Source: Isurus oxyrinchus (taxonomy: Eukaryota). From it: a stretch of 64,000 nucleotides of DNA. The notes under the pieces are model-generated. The model was not told the DNA's origin. It worked only from the letters and a program-made list of their open reading frames with translations, and did not search any database. Below, piece after piece: positions 50,049-60,984 of the stretch. Position 1 is the first letter of the stretch; each line of letters opens with the position of its first letter. The stretch is from the NCBI GenBank assembly GCA_026770705.1, contig JANJGN010000007.1:97464001-97528000 (forward strand), given 5' to 3'. The translations under genes were made by a program, and so were the position numbers.

Positions 50049-51160
50049 ATCAAAGGTTATTTGCAGAAATAAAAGCTCATGGCATGGGGTTAACACATTG
50101 ACATGGACAGTAGATCATCGGCTAGCTAACAGGAATTAGAGTAGGTATAACTGAGCCTTTATCAGATTGGAAAGATATTTGTCACAGGGATCATTGCTAG
50201 CACCTCAACTGTTTACAATTTATATTAATGACTTGGATGAAGGGATGGATGGGATGGCTTCCAAATTTGCTGATGATACAAAGATAGGTAGGAAAGTAAG
50301 TTGTGAACAAGACATAAGGAGGCTACAAAAAGATAAGGAATGGTTAAGTGAGTGGGCAGAGATCTGACCATTCGACTATGATGTGAGAACATGTGGAATT
50401 GTCAATTTTGTCAGGGAGAATAAAAGAGAAGCATATTATCCAAATGGTGAGAGATTGCAGAGCTCTAAGATGCAGAGGATTCTGAGTGTCCCCGTGCATG
50501 AATCGCAAAAGTCTAGGACGCAGGTACAGCAAGCAATGAGGGAAGCTAATAAAATGTTATATAAAGCAAGAAGATTTGAATACAAAAGTAGGATGTTCTG
50601 CTTCAGTTAAACAGAGCACAGGTGAGACCACATTTGGAATACTGTGCACAGCATTGGTCGCCTTATTTAAGAAAGGATGTAAACGTTTTGGAAGCAGCTC
50701 CGAGTTTTACCATAATAATGGGCGGGTTGCCTTGTGAGGAAATGCATCCGCTGGAGTTTGGAAAAGGAAGAGGCGACTTGATTGAAACGTGTAAGATCCT
50801 GAGGGCTCTTGAGAGGATGGATGTGGAGAGGATGTTTCCTATTGTGATATAATCTAGAACCATGGGTCATTCTTTCAAAATAACGGGTCACCAATTTAAA
50901 ATGGAGATGAGGTGAAACGTTTTTTTGTTCTCCCAGAGTCGTGAGTCTTTGGAATTCTCTTCCTGAAAAGGTGTTGGAAGCTTGATCTTTTTTTAAGGCA
51001 GATGTGGATAGATTCTTGGTAAGTAGGGGGTAATAAATGATCGTGGTAGGCAGGAAGCAGACTTCAGGTGACTATCAGATCAACCATGATCTTATTAAGT
51101 GGCGAAGAAGGCTAGAACAGCCAAATGGCTTACCCCTACTCCTCGTTCGTATATTCGTTC
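50049..51160 (+). mobile_element. CR1 LINE RT 3' half
   Basis: SQGSLLAPQLFTIYINDL...SKFADDTKIG and RPHLEYCAQHWSPYL. Confidence 0.9.
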
Positions 51161-51439
51161 CGTTCTCTTCTGAATGCTGTGCTCATTCTTGTACAGTAGG
51201 TATAATTTCTCTGCAATACTCATTCTTGTTACTTTATTCTTAGCAAGCAATTAATACATGTGATTTATTAATTATTCTATTAATTCAGTCTATTATTTAA
51301 ATCTCTTTCCTGGCAGCTTATTTTAATTTGGAAGCTTTGAACGTTGGTATTTATTTTAGGCCCTTGTCGTCAATAAATCAGAGTCCGAAGAGGCTTCTGA
51401 ACGCAGTCTATGTCGGTAATGATCAAGCAATCAGAAAAT

Positions 51440-51670
51440 TAATGGTTCTGAAGCGGACTGGCTATAATGTTGAAATTGAAAACCTAGAAGTCTCAAAACA
51501 TGAGTTATAGATTTGAGTGCAAATCCCACAACGACATATGGGACATTGAATCCAAGTGATTGCACTGCAGCGGTTCAAGAAAGCAGCTCACCTTCACCTT
51601 CTCAAGGGCAATTAGGGGTGGGCAATAAATGCTGACCTAGCCAGCGATGCCCACATCCCTTGAATGAATA
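51440..51670 (+). mobile_element. Decayed SINE-like head with LINE-type 3' tail
   Basis: 51565-51670 matches the LINE 3' end at 60985-61090; the head resembles 26185-26335 and 44430-44570. Confidence 0.55.
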
Positions 51671-51704
51671 TATTATAATGGAATTTAAAGAAAACTACTG
51701 ATGT

Positions 51705-52490
51705 GAACAGAACAGGACATGTTAGAAATACGCAGCAAACATAATACCAACTGTCGGGAGAGAATCAGTGTTTACGCTTTAGTTCAATGAACTATAACCA
51801 GAATCAGAAAATAAGTTGAATTGTAAGAGGTTTTGAATAGCAGGGCCAGTGTGTAAGGGACAAAGAGAAAAGGGGAAGCTCTGCGATAGGCTGCAAGGAA
51901 AGGAAGATTCGTGGACTAACTGGACTATGGTGCAAGGCAAAAGGAGATGGTGGTGATACAAATGAAGAAACAAGCCATGTGTCTACGGAGCGTATTAATG
52001 TGAAAGCAGAATCATCACTAACTGCTCAACCACCGCCAACACACCCTCCATTTCCTAAGGCACCATCACTTTCAAACAAACGAGATTCAACACAGGCCTT
52101 TGTACCGCGTCCCTTCTCAATATCGGAGAACCCAGCACTCCCTCCTCAGTAAAAGAGATCTTATGGTATTTTCCTAGTTTAGTATGCATCCATTCACTGT
52201 TCCAGATGCTGCTTCATCAACATTCGGGAGACTAAACACAGATTTTGTGATCACACATTAGAGGATACTTTTGTTCATTCCCCCCATCAGGACCCCAAGA
52301 ACCATGATGGTTGTCAATTTACTTATGCACTCCATTCCCCCCTCTGACCTCTCTGTCCTCAGCCTCCGACGCTGTTCTAATGATGTGCTTGAGGAACAGC
52401 ACATCACTTTACAGGCGCTTTACAGCTACCTGGGCTCAAGATTAAGTTCTACAAATTCCGATCACAGCCTTCCCTTCTCCAATGCCTTAT
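51705..52490. mobile_element. Decayed Penelope-like fragments in inverted arrangement
   Basis: Terminal-repeat-like 51705-51810 and + strand GIY-YIG-like remnants (IHCSRCCFINIRETKHRF, LEEQHI). Confidence 0.5.
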
Positions 52491-54849
52491 TTATGTTGTA
52501 TTTTCATATAACAGTTGTTTTTGAATATTCTGCATAAAAAGCAGGACAAATCTAATCCAGCCAATCACTGGCCTATCAGTCTGCTCAATCAAGTGGCAAG
52601 CAGAGTAATGAAATGTGCCGTCCACAGTGTAATCAAGTGACACTTACACAGCAGTAGACGGCAAAGTGGTGTTCAGTTTGAGACTTACCAGGGACACAGG
52701 ACTCCTCCCCTCATTACAATCTCGGTCAGCCATGGATCAAAGAGCAGAGCGCATGAGGAGAGGTGCTAGAGTGCGCCCTTGGAGTCAGCATTTGATGGGC
52801 TATGGGATCAAGAAGCTCTGGTAAAATTGATGTTGATAGAACTACCTGGGCAAATCTCCACATTTTTGGATGCTTATATGGTATCTGTACTAGAACAGCT
52901 TGACTCAGACAGAGGTAGCTCGGAGCACACGTTTTTGCTCTACATTGATAATGTTGTCAGGGTTTACATTCTTAGCGAAATTCAGTCCCTTTAGCCGTTT
53001 CCTGATATTGCATGGAGTGCATTGAAAATGTTGAAGAATGAGATCAGTGATGCATGGATCTTAGGAGGAGGCCTAGATACATCATCCAATCAGATTTTCA
53101 ATCTGAATATGGTTGTAAACGCTACAGCAACAGTGTATTGATAAGAATGTATTGCGCCCGCCCATTATTCAGGGCGGGGTATCATTGGGGCCTGCTGTTC
53201 GGGGTTAGTTGTTTAACAGTTCACAATCATTCTCATAGTAATGTGGCAGGAGTACAGAGCTTTGGTCTCAACCAGTAGTTTATGGATCACTTACATCTGT
53301 TGATTGCATCTTGCTTCCACTCTTTGGCAAGCATGTGGTCCGTTGCTGTAGCTTTACTCGGATGTTGCCTCATTTTGCAAGTGCTTGATTCTGCTGCTGG
53401 TTTGCACTCTAGCGCTCCTCATTGAACCAGGTTTGATCCCCTAGCCTGCTGGCTGTTTTAGAATGTGAGAGATACTGGACCATGAGGTTACAGATAGTGG
53501 TTCAATATAATTCACTGATGGTCCACATTGCTGCAAGAAGTCCCAGTTATCAGCTCCTTGATCTGCCCTGAGGCCATCCTATTTAGCACGGTAATAGTGC
53601 TGTACAACAAGATGGAATATATTTTCAGCCTGAAGAAGATTGGGTAATTGTCGCTCTAACCATTACTGCCTTGGATAGATGCATCGAGGACAGGAGATTT
53701 TGTGAGGGCAAGATAAAGTACATTGTTTCCCTCTTGTTAGTTTTCTCACCACCTATCACAGGACCTTGCAGAACTTGGCCCGTTTGGTCAGTATTAATGA
53801 AAGTGAATGACTCTTGATGCTGGGCACTGAGGAACGCCATTTGAAATACATTATCTGCCCTCAGTGCTTCTTCCACTTAGTGTTCAATATGGAGGAGTAC
53901 TGAATCGTCTGTTAAGGGACAGTGGTTGGGGGCAATAAGCAGGAAATATTCATTGCCTAATTGTGATCTCACACAATTTCATTTCATGGGCTCCATTGAA
54001 GATGTTGAGGGCTTTCCTGTCAACATTCAAATGAGCGTATAACTGTGTCGCCACCAGTGGTCGATCTGTTCTACCAATGGGGCAGTGATTACCCAGGTTT
54101 GGTGATGGAGATGCCTGGGACATTGGCTGCTTGGCATGATTCGTTAAGTATGATCATCTCAGTATGATGTTTGACTACTTCTTGTTACCAGACTCTTCTG
54201 ACAGTCTTCATACAACAGCAGATAATTTTCCTGTGTTCATGCCACAACCTTAACTTTTCTACAGAGTTATGTTTGAACAAGAAATACGGGCCACGATGAA
54301 ATCTGCTGAAATTACTCGGATGGAAAGTTGCTGCTCAGGCCTCACCCTCATCAAAACATTCGAAATTTTGTTTTGCTGTTCTTCCTACCAAGAGAAACTA
54401 AAACTTTCCCACCTGATGCTCCTTCCATATTTTCCCACTCATTTCGCTAAGGGATTCCCTTATATACCTTATCACCACCTTACAGTTTCATCTCCAGTTT
54501 ATCTTTTGAATTGATACATGCTCCTGTACACACAACTCTCTTTGAACCTCTACTGCGTTTTCAATATTTAGAAAAGATTTAAAGAAAGTTTCGGGAAGCT
54601 ATGCCAAGTAGATGATGACAACTTTATAACACAAATACAACTGCTCATACGCTCAAGAATCACTGACACGTTAATGCATATAACATGCAACTGCACATAT
54701 ATCTTCACATACATGTACACCATCTGAAAAACGTACCTGCCAAATCCCTGGAACAGAACAGAATACTCACTAAAGGGAAAGTCACCGAGTGAACACAAAC
54801 ATAACATATACTTAACGCATAAACACACCCATGGAGAAATACTCAAAGG

Positions 54850-56005
54850 GACAGCAGCAACATCACCCAGACATCAGGAACAGCACCAACAGCCAGCAGC
54901 ATCAAGACACAATAATCAGAATATTCACACAGACATAATGAACACCATCTGCCTGTAACGAGCAGCGCAATCACTCAGTCCTCAACAATAGCATTACCCA
55001 ATCAGCAGCAGTGGCATTAATCGTACATGAGCAATAACATCATCCAGGCACCTGCAATGACATCAGCCAGTCTCCAGCAATGGATTCACCGAGTCACCAG
55101 CAATAGCAGCACTCAGTCACAAGCAAGAGTTTTAAACAGCCATCGGCAATGGCATCACTCAGCAACCAGGAATATTATTAGCAGCCATCAGCAGTTTCTT
55201 GTCTCAGTCACCAGCTACAGTATCACCCAGTCACTGTAAAAATTGGTCACAATTATCTCATCAGCTAATCGTCCGAAACACCATTGTCCAATCACTAGGA
55301 GTAGGACAATCATTGGAGAATCACTCTGTCGCTTATTTCACCCATAACCATCGTGTTCAACCATTCAATAGCACTGACATAGTTCAATCACCATCAACTA
55401 TCGTCAATAACCAGCATTTCCCCGCACTCAGCAGCAGCAGCATCAACCAGTCGCCAACATCATTATTAGACAATCACCAACAACGAGAATTAATTGCCAG
55501 CATGAAGCAGAATTGCTAGTACCCTCAGTAAAATGATCCAGCAGCATCACCAGCAACACTTCCCATCTCCATCAGCCTCTAGCTTGAAGCACTAACTTAG
55601 GGTCAGCTGTACATCAAGCAGTCATAACGAACGCCTTTACCCTGTCATTCGCACTGTTACCAGAAAAAGTGCTCGGTCACCAGCAGCAACAAGCAGTCGG
55701 CAGACCAACTACCTATTCACTAGCTCCATCACTTCACCACAGCCGAAAACCCGGTTCACCAGCAACTTCTTAGTCACAAATAGCTCCATTCCACTGGACA
55801 GAAGCAGCAGCAACCAGTCACCCAGCAGAATCAGACAGACACCAAGAACTTCACCCAACCACGTGTCACTTAATCACCCAGTCACCAACAACAACAACAT
55901 CTACTTCCAAGGAGCAACAGCGATCGTCAACAACATTTGGCAATCACGAGCAGTTCTATAGAATCACCAGCTGCTGCACTAGCCAGTCAGAATTAGTCAT
56001 CCACT
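54850..56005. repeat. Degenerate CAGCAGCATCACCCAGTCAC-like minisatellite, unit 3
   Basis: Colinear with 29310-30475. Confidence 0.8.
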
Positions 56006-56465
56006 GGACATCAATTATAATTAGTTTTTTCAAGGAAATAACAAACGCTGACTAACTTTTGAGAACTGTGTAAGTTAATTAGGACTGAGATTGAATTCAA
56101 TAATTTCAATTTTTTGGATTCCTTAAGGTCTATCAATTTCACCGCTCCATATCTGCTAAATGTCTGGCGGATTTTTTTCAGTTCGGGTCCTAATAGCAAA
56201 GGACACACTATAAACCGCACCATGCTGACAATCGTCCGGCCGTTTTTCCACAAGCAATCCCAGCAGTCTGACCTCACGATTCAGGGGATAAAACCAGACA
56301 GTATTCACCGCGCCTGCAGGAACGTATTTGTGAACATTGAGTCATACTTTAATGTGGTTAAGGGCTGCGTCAATACGGAAACTCGCACGTGGTTCAAAAT
56401 GTTCCATGTTCTCTTGGCAAATAATGAGTTGTGGGTGATTTCAACTGTCACTGTGTTCTCACCTC

Positions 56466-56473
56466 TGACGTTA
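56466..56473 (+). promoter_or_regulatory. CRE/ATF-like motif TGACGTTA in the putative promoter of the intact copy
   Basis: Positionally conserved in copies 1a and 1b; altered (TCACGTTG) in copy 2. Confidence 0.35.
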
Positions 56474-56629
56474 AAGGGAAACCAACATATTAATGTCGCT
56501 TCGGCTATCTTGTGTTGCGCCACATTATAACACTTCCTACTCCTGGTGAACTTCAAATCTTTCGATTCTTATACCCTTCAGTGTTGCCCGCTGACTTGCA
56601 CCACGGCTGACTGATTTCAGCGCCACACA

Positions 56630-56684
56630 ATGCCCCTATTCCATGTGTTAAATTACCTCTCAGCACTGGGCGTTATTTACACAG
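56630..56684 (+). CDS. Copy 3 exon 1: signal peptide (MPLFHVLNYLSALGVIYT)
   Basis: ATG, hydrophobic peptide and phase-1 donor ACAG|GT; splices in frame to the V exon; homologous leaders at 5713, 6304 and 31116. Confidence 0.85.
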
Positions 56685-56863
56685 GTGTCTATTTTCATGA
56701 TTGTTTGCTAAATAGGGAAGAGAATAAGATTAGAAGGCAATTCTCTCCAATGTTTATTGCAGTCTACATTTTATTTCGGTATATTTCATGCATATAATTT
56801 CCCCTTGAATCCTGCCAATCATTGTCTCTTCTGATAATTCCTGTTTCTGTTTATTTCTGACAG

Positions 56864-57184
56864 TTACTGACGGGAACGCGCTCTCAGTGTTTCAGACCCC
56901 CGACCGTGTGACTCCGGTGAAAGGTACAAATGTGTCCATGACTTGCTCTGCGTCGCTTTTCGATCTCAAGGCAATGGTGGAAATTTATTGGTGGACTGAC
57001 CGCCAAGGAGCGGCTTTGGATCCGGCAGCAGACAAACGGAAAATAATAATGTCTTCCAAACAAGGAACTTCCCAGTTGCACCTGCTGGATGTGACTTTCC
57101 AAGACTCCGGAGTCTATTACTGCAGCGTTAAAGAAGGGGCAGGAAAGCTGTCCAGTGGCGATGGGACTGAGATTATTGTACACG
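56864..57184 (+). CDS. Copy 3 exon 2: Ig V-set domain with germline-joined J-like segment
   Basis: Acceptor TTTCTGACAG, donor G|GTGAGT, phase 1-1, open. VSMTC...IYWW...LHLLDVTFQDSGVYYC...SGDGTEIIVH has the canonical Cys, Trp, DxGxYxC and GxGT motifs. Confidence 0.95.
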
Positions 57185-60100
57185 GTGAGTATTAAAGAAT
57201 ATGGTACCGAAGAACTGGAAAGAATTTTCTCACAGGTCTAATTTATGTTATGATTATCCCACATTTGCAGTGAATTCTGTTTGTTTACAAAGAGCATTGA
57301 CCGGGCTGCGCAAACTAGAATGTCAGCATTCAGCTCATCATTGCTCTCCATGGGGTATCTGTCATGAAGATTTTTAATACCCGTTATTTGCATTAATCAA
57401 TTTTCTGAATAAGAGCCGCGTTGGCACGGGCATCAATCAAGTAATCATGTATTGTCCCTATTTATGCTTGAGAAGGTGACCCCCGTGCTTTTTCCTTTAA
57501 CGGCTGCAGCCGATGCTTTGAAGTCATGATACCTTGATATCGTGTTCAAAGTTCCATGTTCTTGATCCCGTGACAAGTGATGGACGGTGATATATGACCA
57601 AGTCAGCATGATGCCTGCCTTGGTGGGAAGATGGAGCCCTGTTCGTCTCATGCGGCTGCCGCTCTTGTCATTTTAGATGATGCAGCTCACGGACTTGACA
57701 TGAAATGTAGTACAATCTTTGGAAAGTGGTGTTATGCATTTTGTAGATGGCACAGACTGCAACACCAAGACGCAGATGATGAAGACATTGGTTGTTTAAA
57801 GTGGTGAGTTGACTGACGTCGAGCATTCGTGCAACTGCTCTCACCCGAACAAGTGTAGAGTTTGCCATCAGAATCCTGCCTGGCAAGATGCGGAGATACT
57901 TTGGGGAGTCAATGGTGCACAATGTCCAGCCGCTAAGCTGTCCCAGTAACCTTGACACTTATATACAATGGTTACAAACACTTTAACCATGTTTGTATAT
58001 TTAATGCATTTGTCAACATTTATTGAATAAAGACAAAGTGAATTTGTCTCCAAATAGATTCCTTTTGAAATCACTTCATTCAATCTTCTTATCACGGAAG
58101 CAGCCCGCATGCAGCGTTCCCCCCACACACAGCCCACCACCCGCCCCCTCAACCCACCCCCCCCCCCCCCCCCCCACCACGTCCCGCCATTGTCCTTTGA
58201 ATAAAAGCTGGGGTACAACAATGAAATTGGAAGTAATTATCAGAAAATATGCGCAAGAATAAGAAACAGATTAAGGGGCACAGGGATACTGGCGGTTAAA
58301 GGCGATCACAAGGGAGAGTATTAACAGGATAATTTCTAAATAGTATTTTGCTGCATAATTAATGAATCAATGAGCACCTTTTACTGACAGCAGATATAGT
58401 TTATGCTCAGAGATGTTAGTTTATCAATGATAATTTATTTGCTTCCATAGCCCGATGCATTTGCAAGATTAAATTTTGTATTAAGTGCAATCAAATTGCA
58501 TTTAGCTCTGTATATATATTTTGCAGTGAGGACGCCGCATGCATTGAATATTCTCCGAACGTTTACAGGAGATTATAATTGGATTTATCATAATTTACAG
58601 TTGATGGATATATTTACAGTGACAGAGATGATTGCAATTTTAGATTAATTAAAACATGCGACAAACTTTAGATATCAACAGCTGTGAAGTGTTTTTTTTT
58701 AAACCACTTGGATGGAGAACATTTCCATAAAACAGAACTCAGCCTCAGACTGTGTAACCCGTGTGCGGAATGTCTCCTTTTTCAACGATATCTGAGACTC
58801 CAGCAGGACAGCGGTGATGAAACCGAAATAATCTCCATAGGTCCCCGTGCCAGGGAGCAAGACATGTTTCAAATAAGGAACGGATCTCATGGAGATGTCA
58901 TTGGGAGAAGGCCATGGATAGAAAGTAATCTAACACCGGACTGTAATCATGTTCAGGCTGCGTGACGAAAACATGGTGTTTAGCGTATCTAACAATGAAA
59001 GAGTCGCTGACCGGGGTACAGTTGGAGGTAATACTGGAACCTGGTAAGGTATTTGGGAAAATTTAAGCATAAAATTCGTTGGAACCAAGGTAAAATATTC
59101 CTGATACAGCAGGTAGCGGCCGCTGAGCTTAAAGTTTTCACAGACCAACATGAGGGCGATGTGAATGTGAGATGCGCTCCTTTCATGGAGGTCCATTCCT
59201 GAAAGTAAAAATAATATAAGTTGTAAATAGGGTTGTTTAGATTGAGAAGTGGAATAGTGTGGTTAGCACAGGATGGAGGTAAAGTCAATAACTACGCCTA
59301 GTTCCAAACTGATCAGATGGAGATTGGAGTGATGGCGAAAGAAAGTCAACAATTATCCCAAGAAAGTGAAGAATAAACACTGGGATTGGGGGATCTTGGG
59401 TCATAACGTGTTTATAGTCCAACTTCCCTGCATATTTGAGGAATTTTCGATGAAGGCTTGTTGCCGGTGATTGAGCCTAGGTAATTATTCCCCTCAACAT
59501 GCTTCATTGACTCGATTCTCAAACCGCAGAATGTCGGTTACAGTGTAAACGCGCTAGAACTTGAACTCCTGAACCCAGTGACCTGAGAGGGGATGCGATG
59601 CTTTTAAAGTGAGATTAGGGGAACGGATTTGCTCCCCTGCATAAAGAGTTGTCAATGCTGAAAATAGAGAGATTGGGTCTTTTACATGGGTCTTTCACAA
59701 CTATTGCCCCCTGTGAGATAATGGATGAGCCTGGCGGTATAATGACCCTCACAGAGGCACTGGACTCCACGTCATGACATTTTGGGTACCATAGTAATAT
59801 GAGACAGTACAAAATGCAATTACTTGCTGACATTAGGCCTGTAGCCTGGGCATCAAAGCGAGTTAAAGGCAGGCCCAGTAGAAGGGATTGAAAAGTGTTC
59901 CCACAGTGGATAACGGCGCATAAATTGACGGTGATTTACAGAAACAGAAAGGAAATGTTAAAAGACATTATTCTGATGAATAGATTATGGGAACGAGACA
60001 CAGATTAGCACAACGACCATTAGATTACATCAGACGGAGGGGCCATGAGTGAACTAATTTCATACTTGCAGGCAAATATTAAAGAATGCGGGGAAAGGAT

Positions 60101-60652
60101 ACCGGGCTGACTGCGGTTGAGCATTAGCAGTGCGGCTTGTAACGTGCTTATCCGCTGGGGACTTCATAACCGGAAAGGATCACAAGGGGCACTGAGGCAG
60201 TCAGATTAGGCGACACTCAGGCCCAAAGCGGTCATAGATGAGACACTCAATGAGATTTCGCTCTGCATCAGCAAGATATTCGCCCTGAAATGGGTCTCGG
60301 GAATTTAATTCATTCTTGAGGAATCAGGCACGGATCTCAGTAAAGGCACAATGTTGGGATGACGAGGTTTATTGATATTTGTTTGTCCTGTCTAACATTG
60401 TATTCTGAATATCTGAACTGTAGCGAAACACCTGCAGTGAGGGTTGAGACACCATACTGGTGGGTTCATGATTTTATTTCAGTATCACAGATATCAGGCC
60501 TTCCCTCGCCATGCTGGCTGAAGACATGATTAAAAACACATTGCATTTGCTGTTTCAAATATTCTCCCTCCTAGGCAGCCATTCTGTCATATGTGTTTCG
60601 AATGTAGAGCACGAATAACAATTTTAACTCATTCCCTTTAACTCATTCACAG

Positions 60653-60934
60653 TGCCTCCAACACCTGTGAAGATTATCCTCCTGTCCTCTCCGTCCCTCA
60701 CACTCCTCTGCATAACAGTTGGCTTCTTCCCAGGAGAGTTTAACCTCAGTTGGTACAAAGATGAAAACGAAATTACGTCGGTAGCAAACACAACGAAAAG
60801 AGAGAACGAGGAGGGATTATATCAAGTTTCCAGCTCCCTTAACCCCGTGGAGAGTTGGGCGGTTTATACCTGTCAGGTTTCTCATGTCTCCCTCGGGGCC
60901 CCAGTCAATGACAGCTACACAGTTCGGGATGCAG
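60653..60934 (+). CDS. Copy 3 exon 3: Ig C1-set domain
   Basis: Acceptor TTCACAG, donor CAG|GTAAGG, phase 1-1, open. TLLCITVGFFP...LSWYKD...GLYQVSSSL...YTCQVSH are C1-set hallmarks (CxxxGFxP, YxCxVxH). Confidence 0.95.
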
Positions 60935-60984
60935 GTAAGGATCCTCAATTACTCTTGTGAATTGTCCCTTGTTAATTTTATTTT

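Noticed and set aside
57386-57393. Ig octamer ATTTGCAT in the V-C1 intron
   Set aside because: Not conserved at the paralogous positions in units 1 and 2; expected by chance in AT-rich DNA.
56864-60934. Rearranging Ig light chain or TCR locus
   Set aside because: V and J-like strand share one exon ending in a splice donor, no RSS seen, and paralogs carry TM and ITSM-tail exons.
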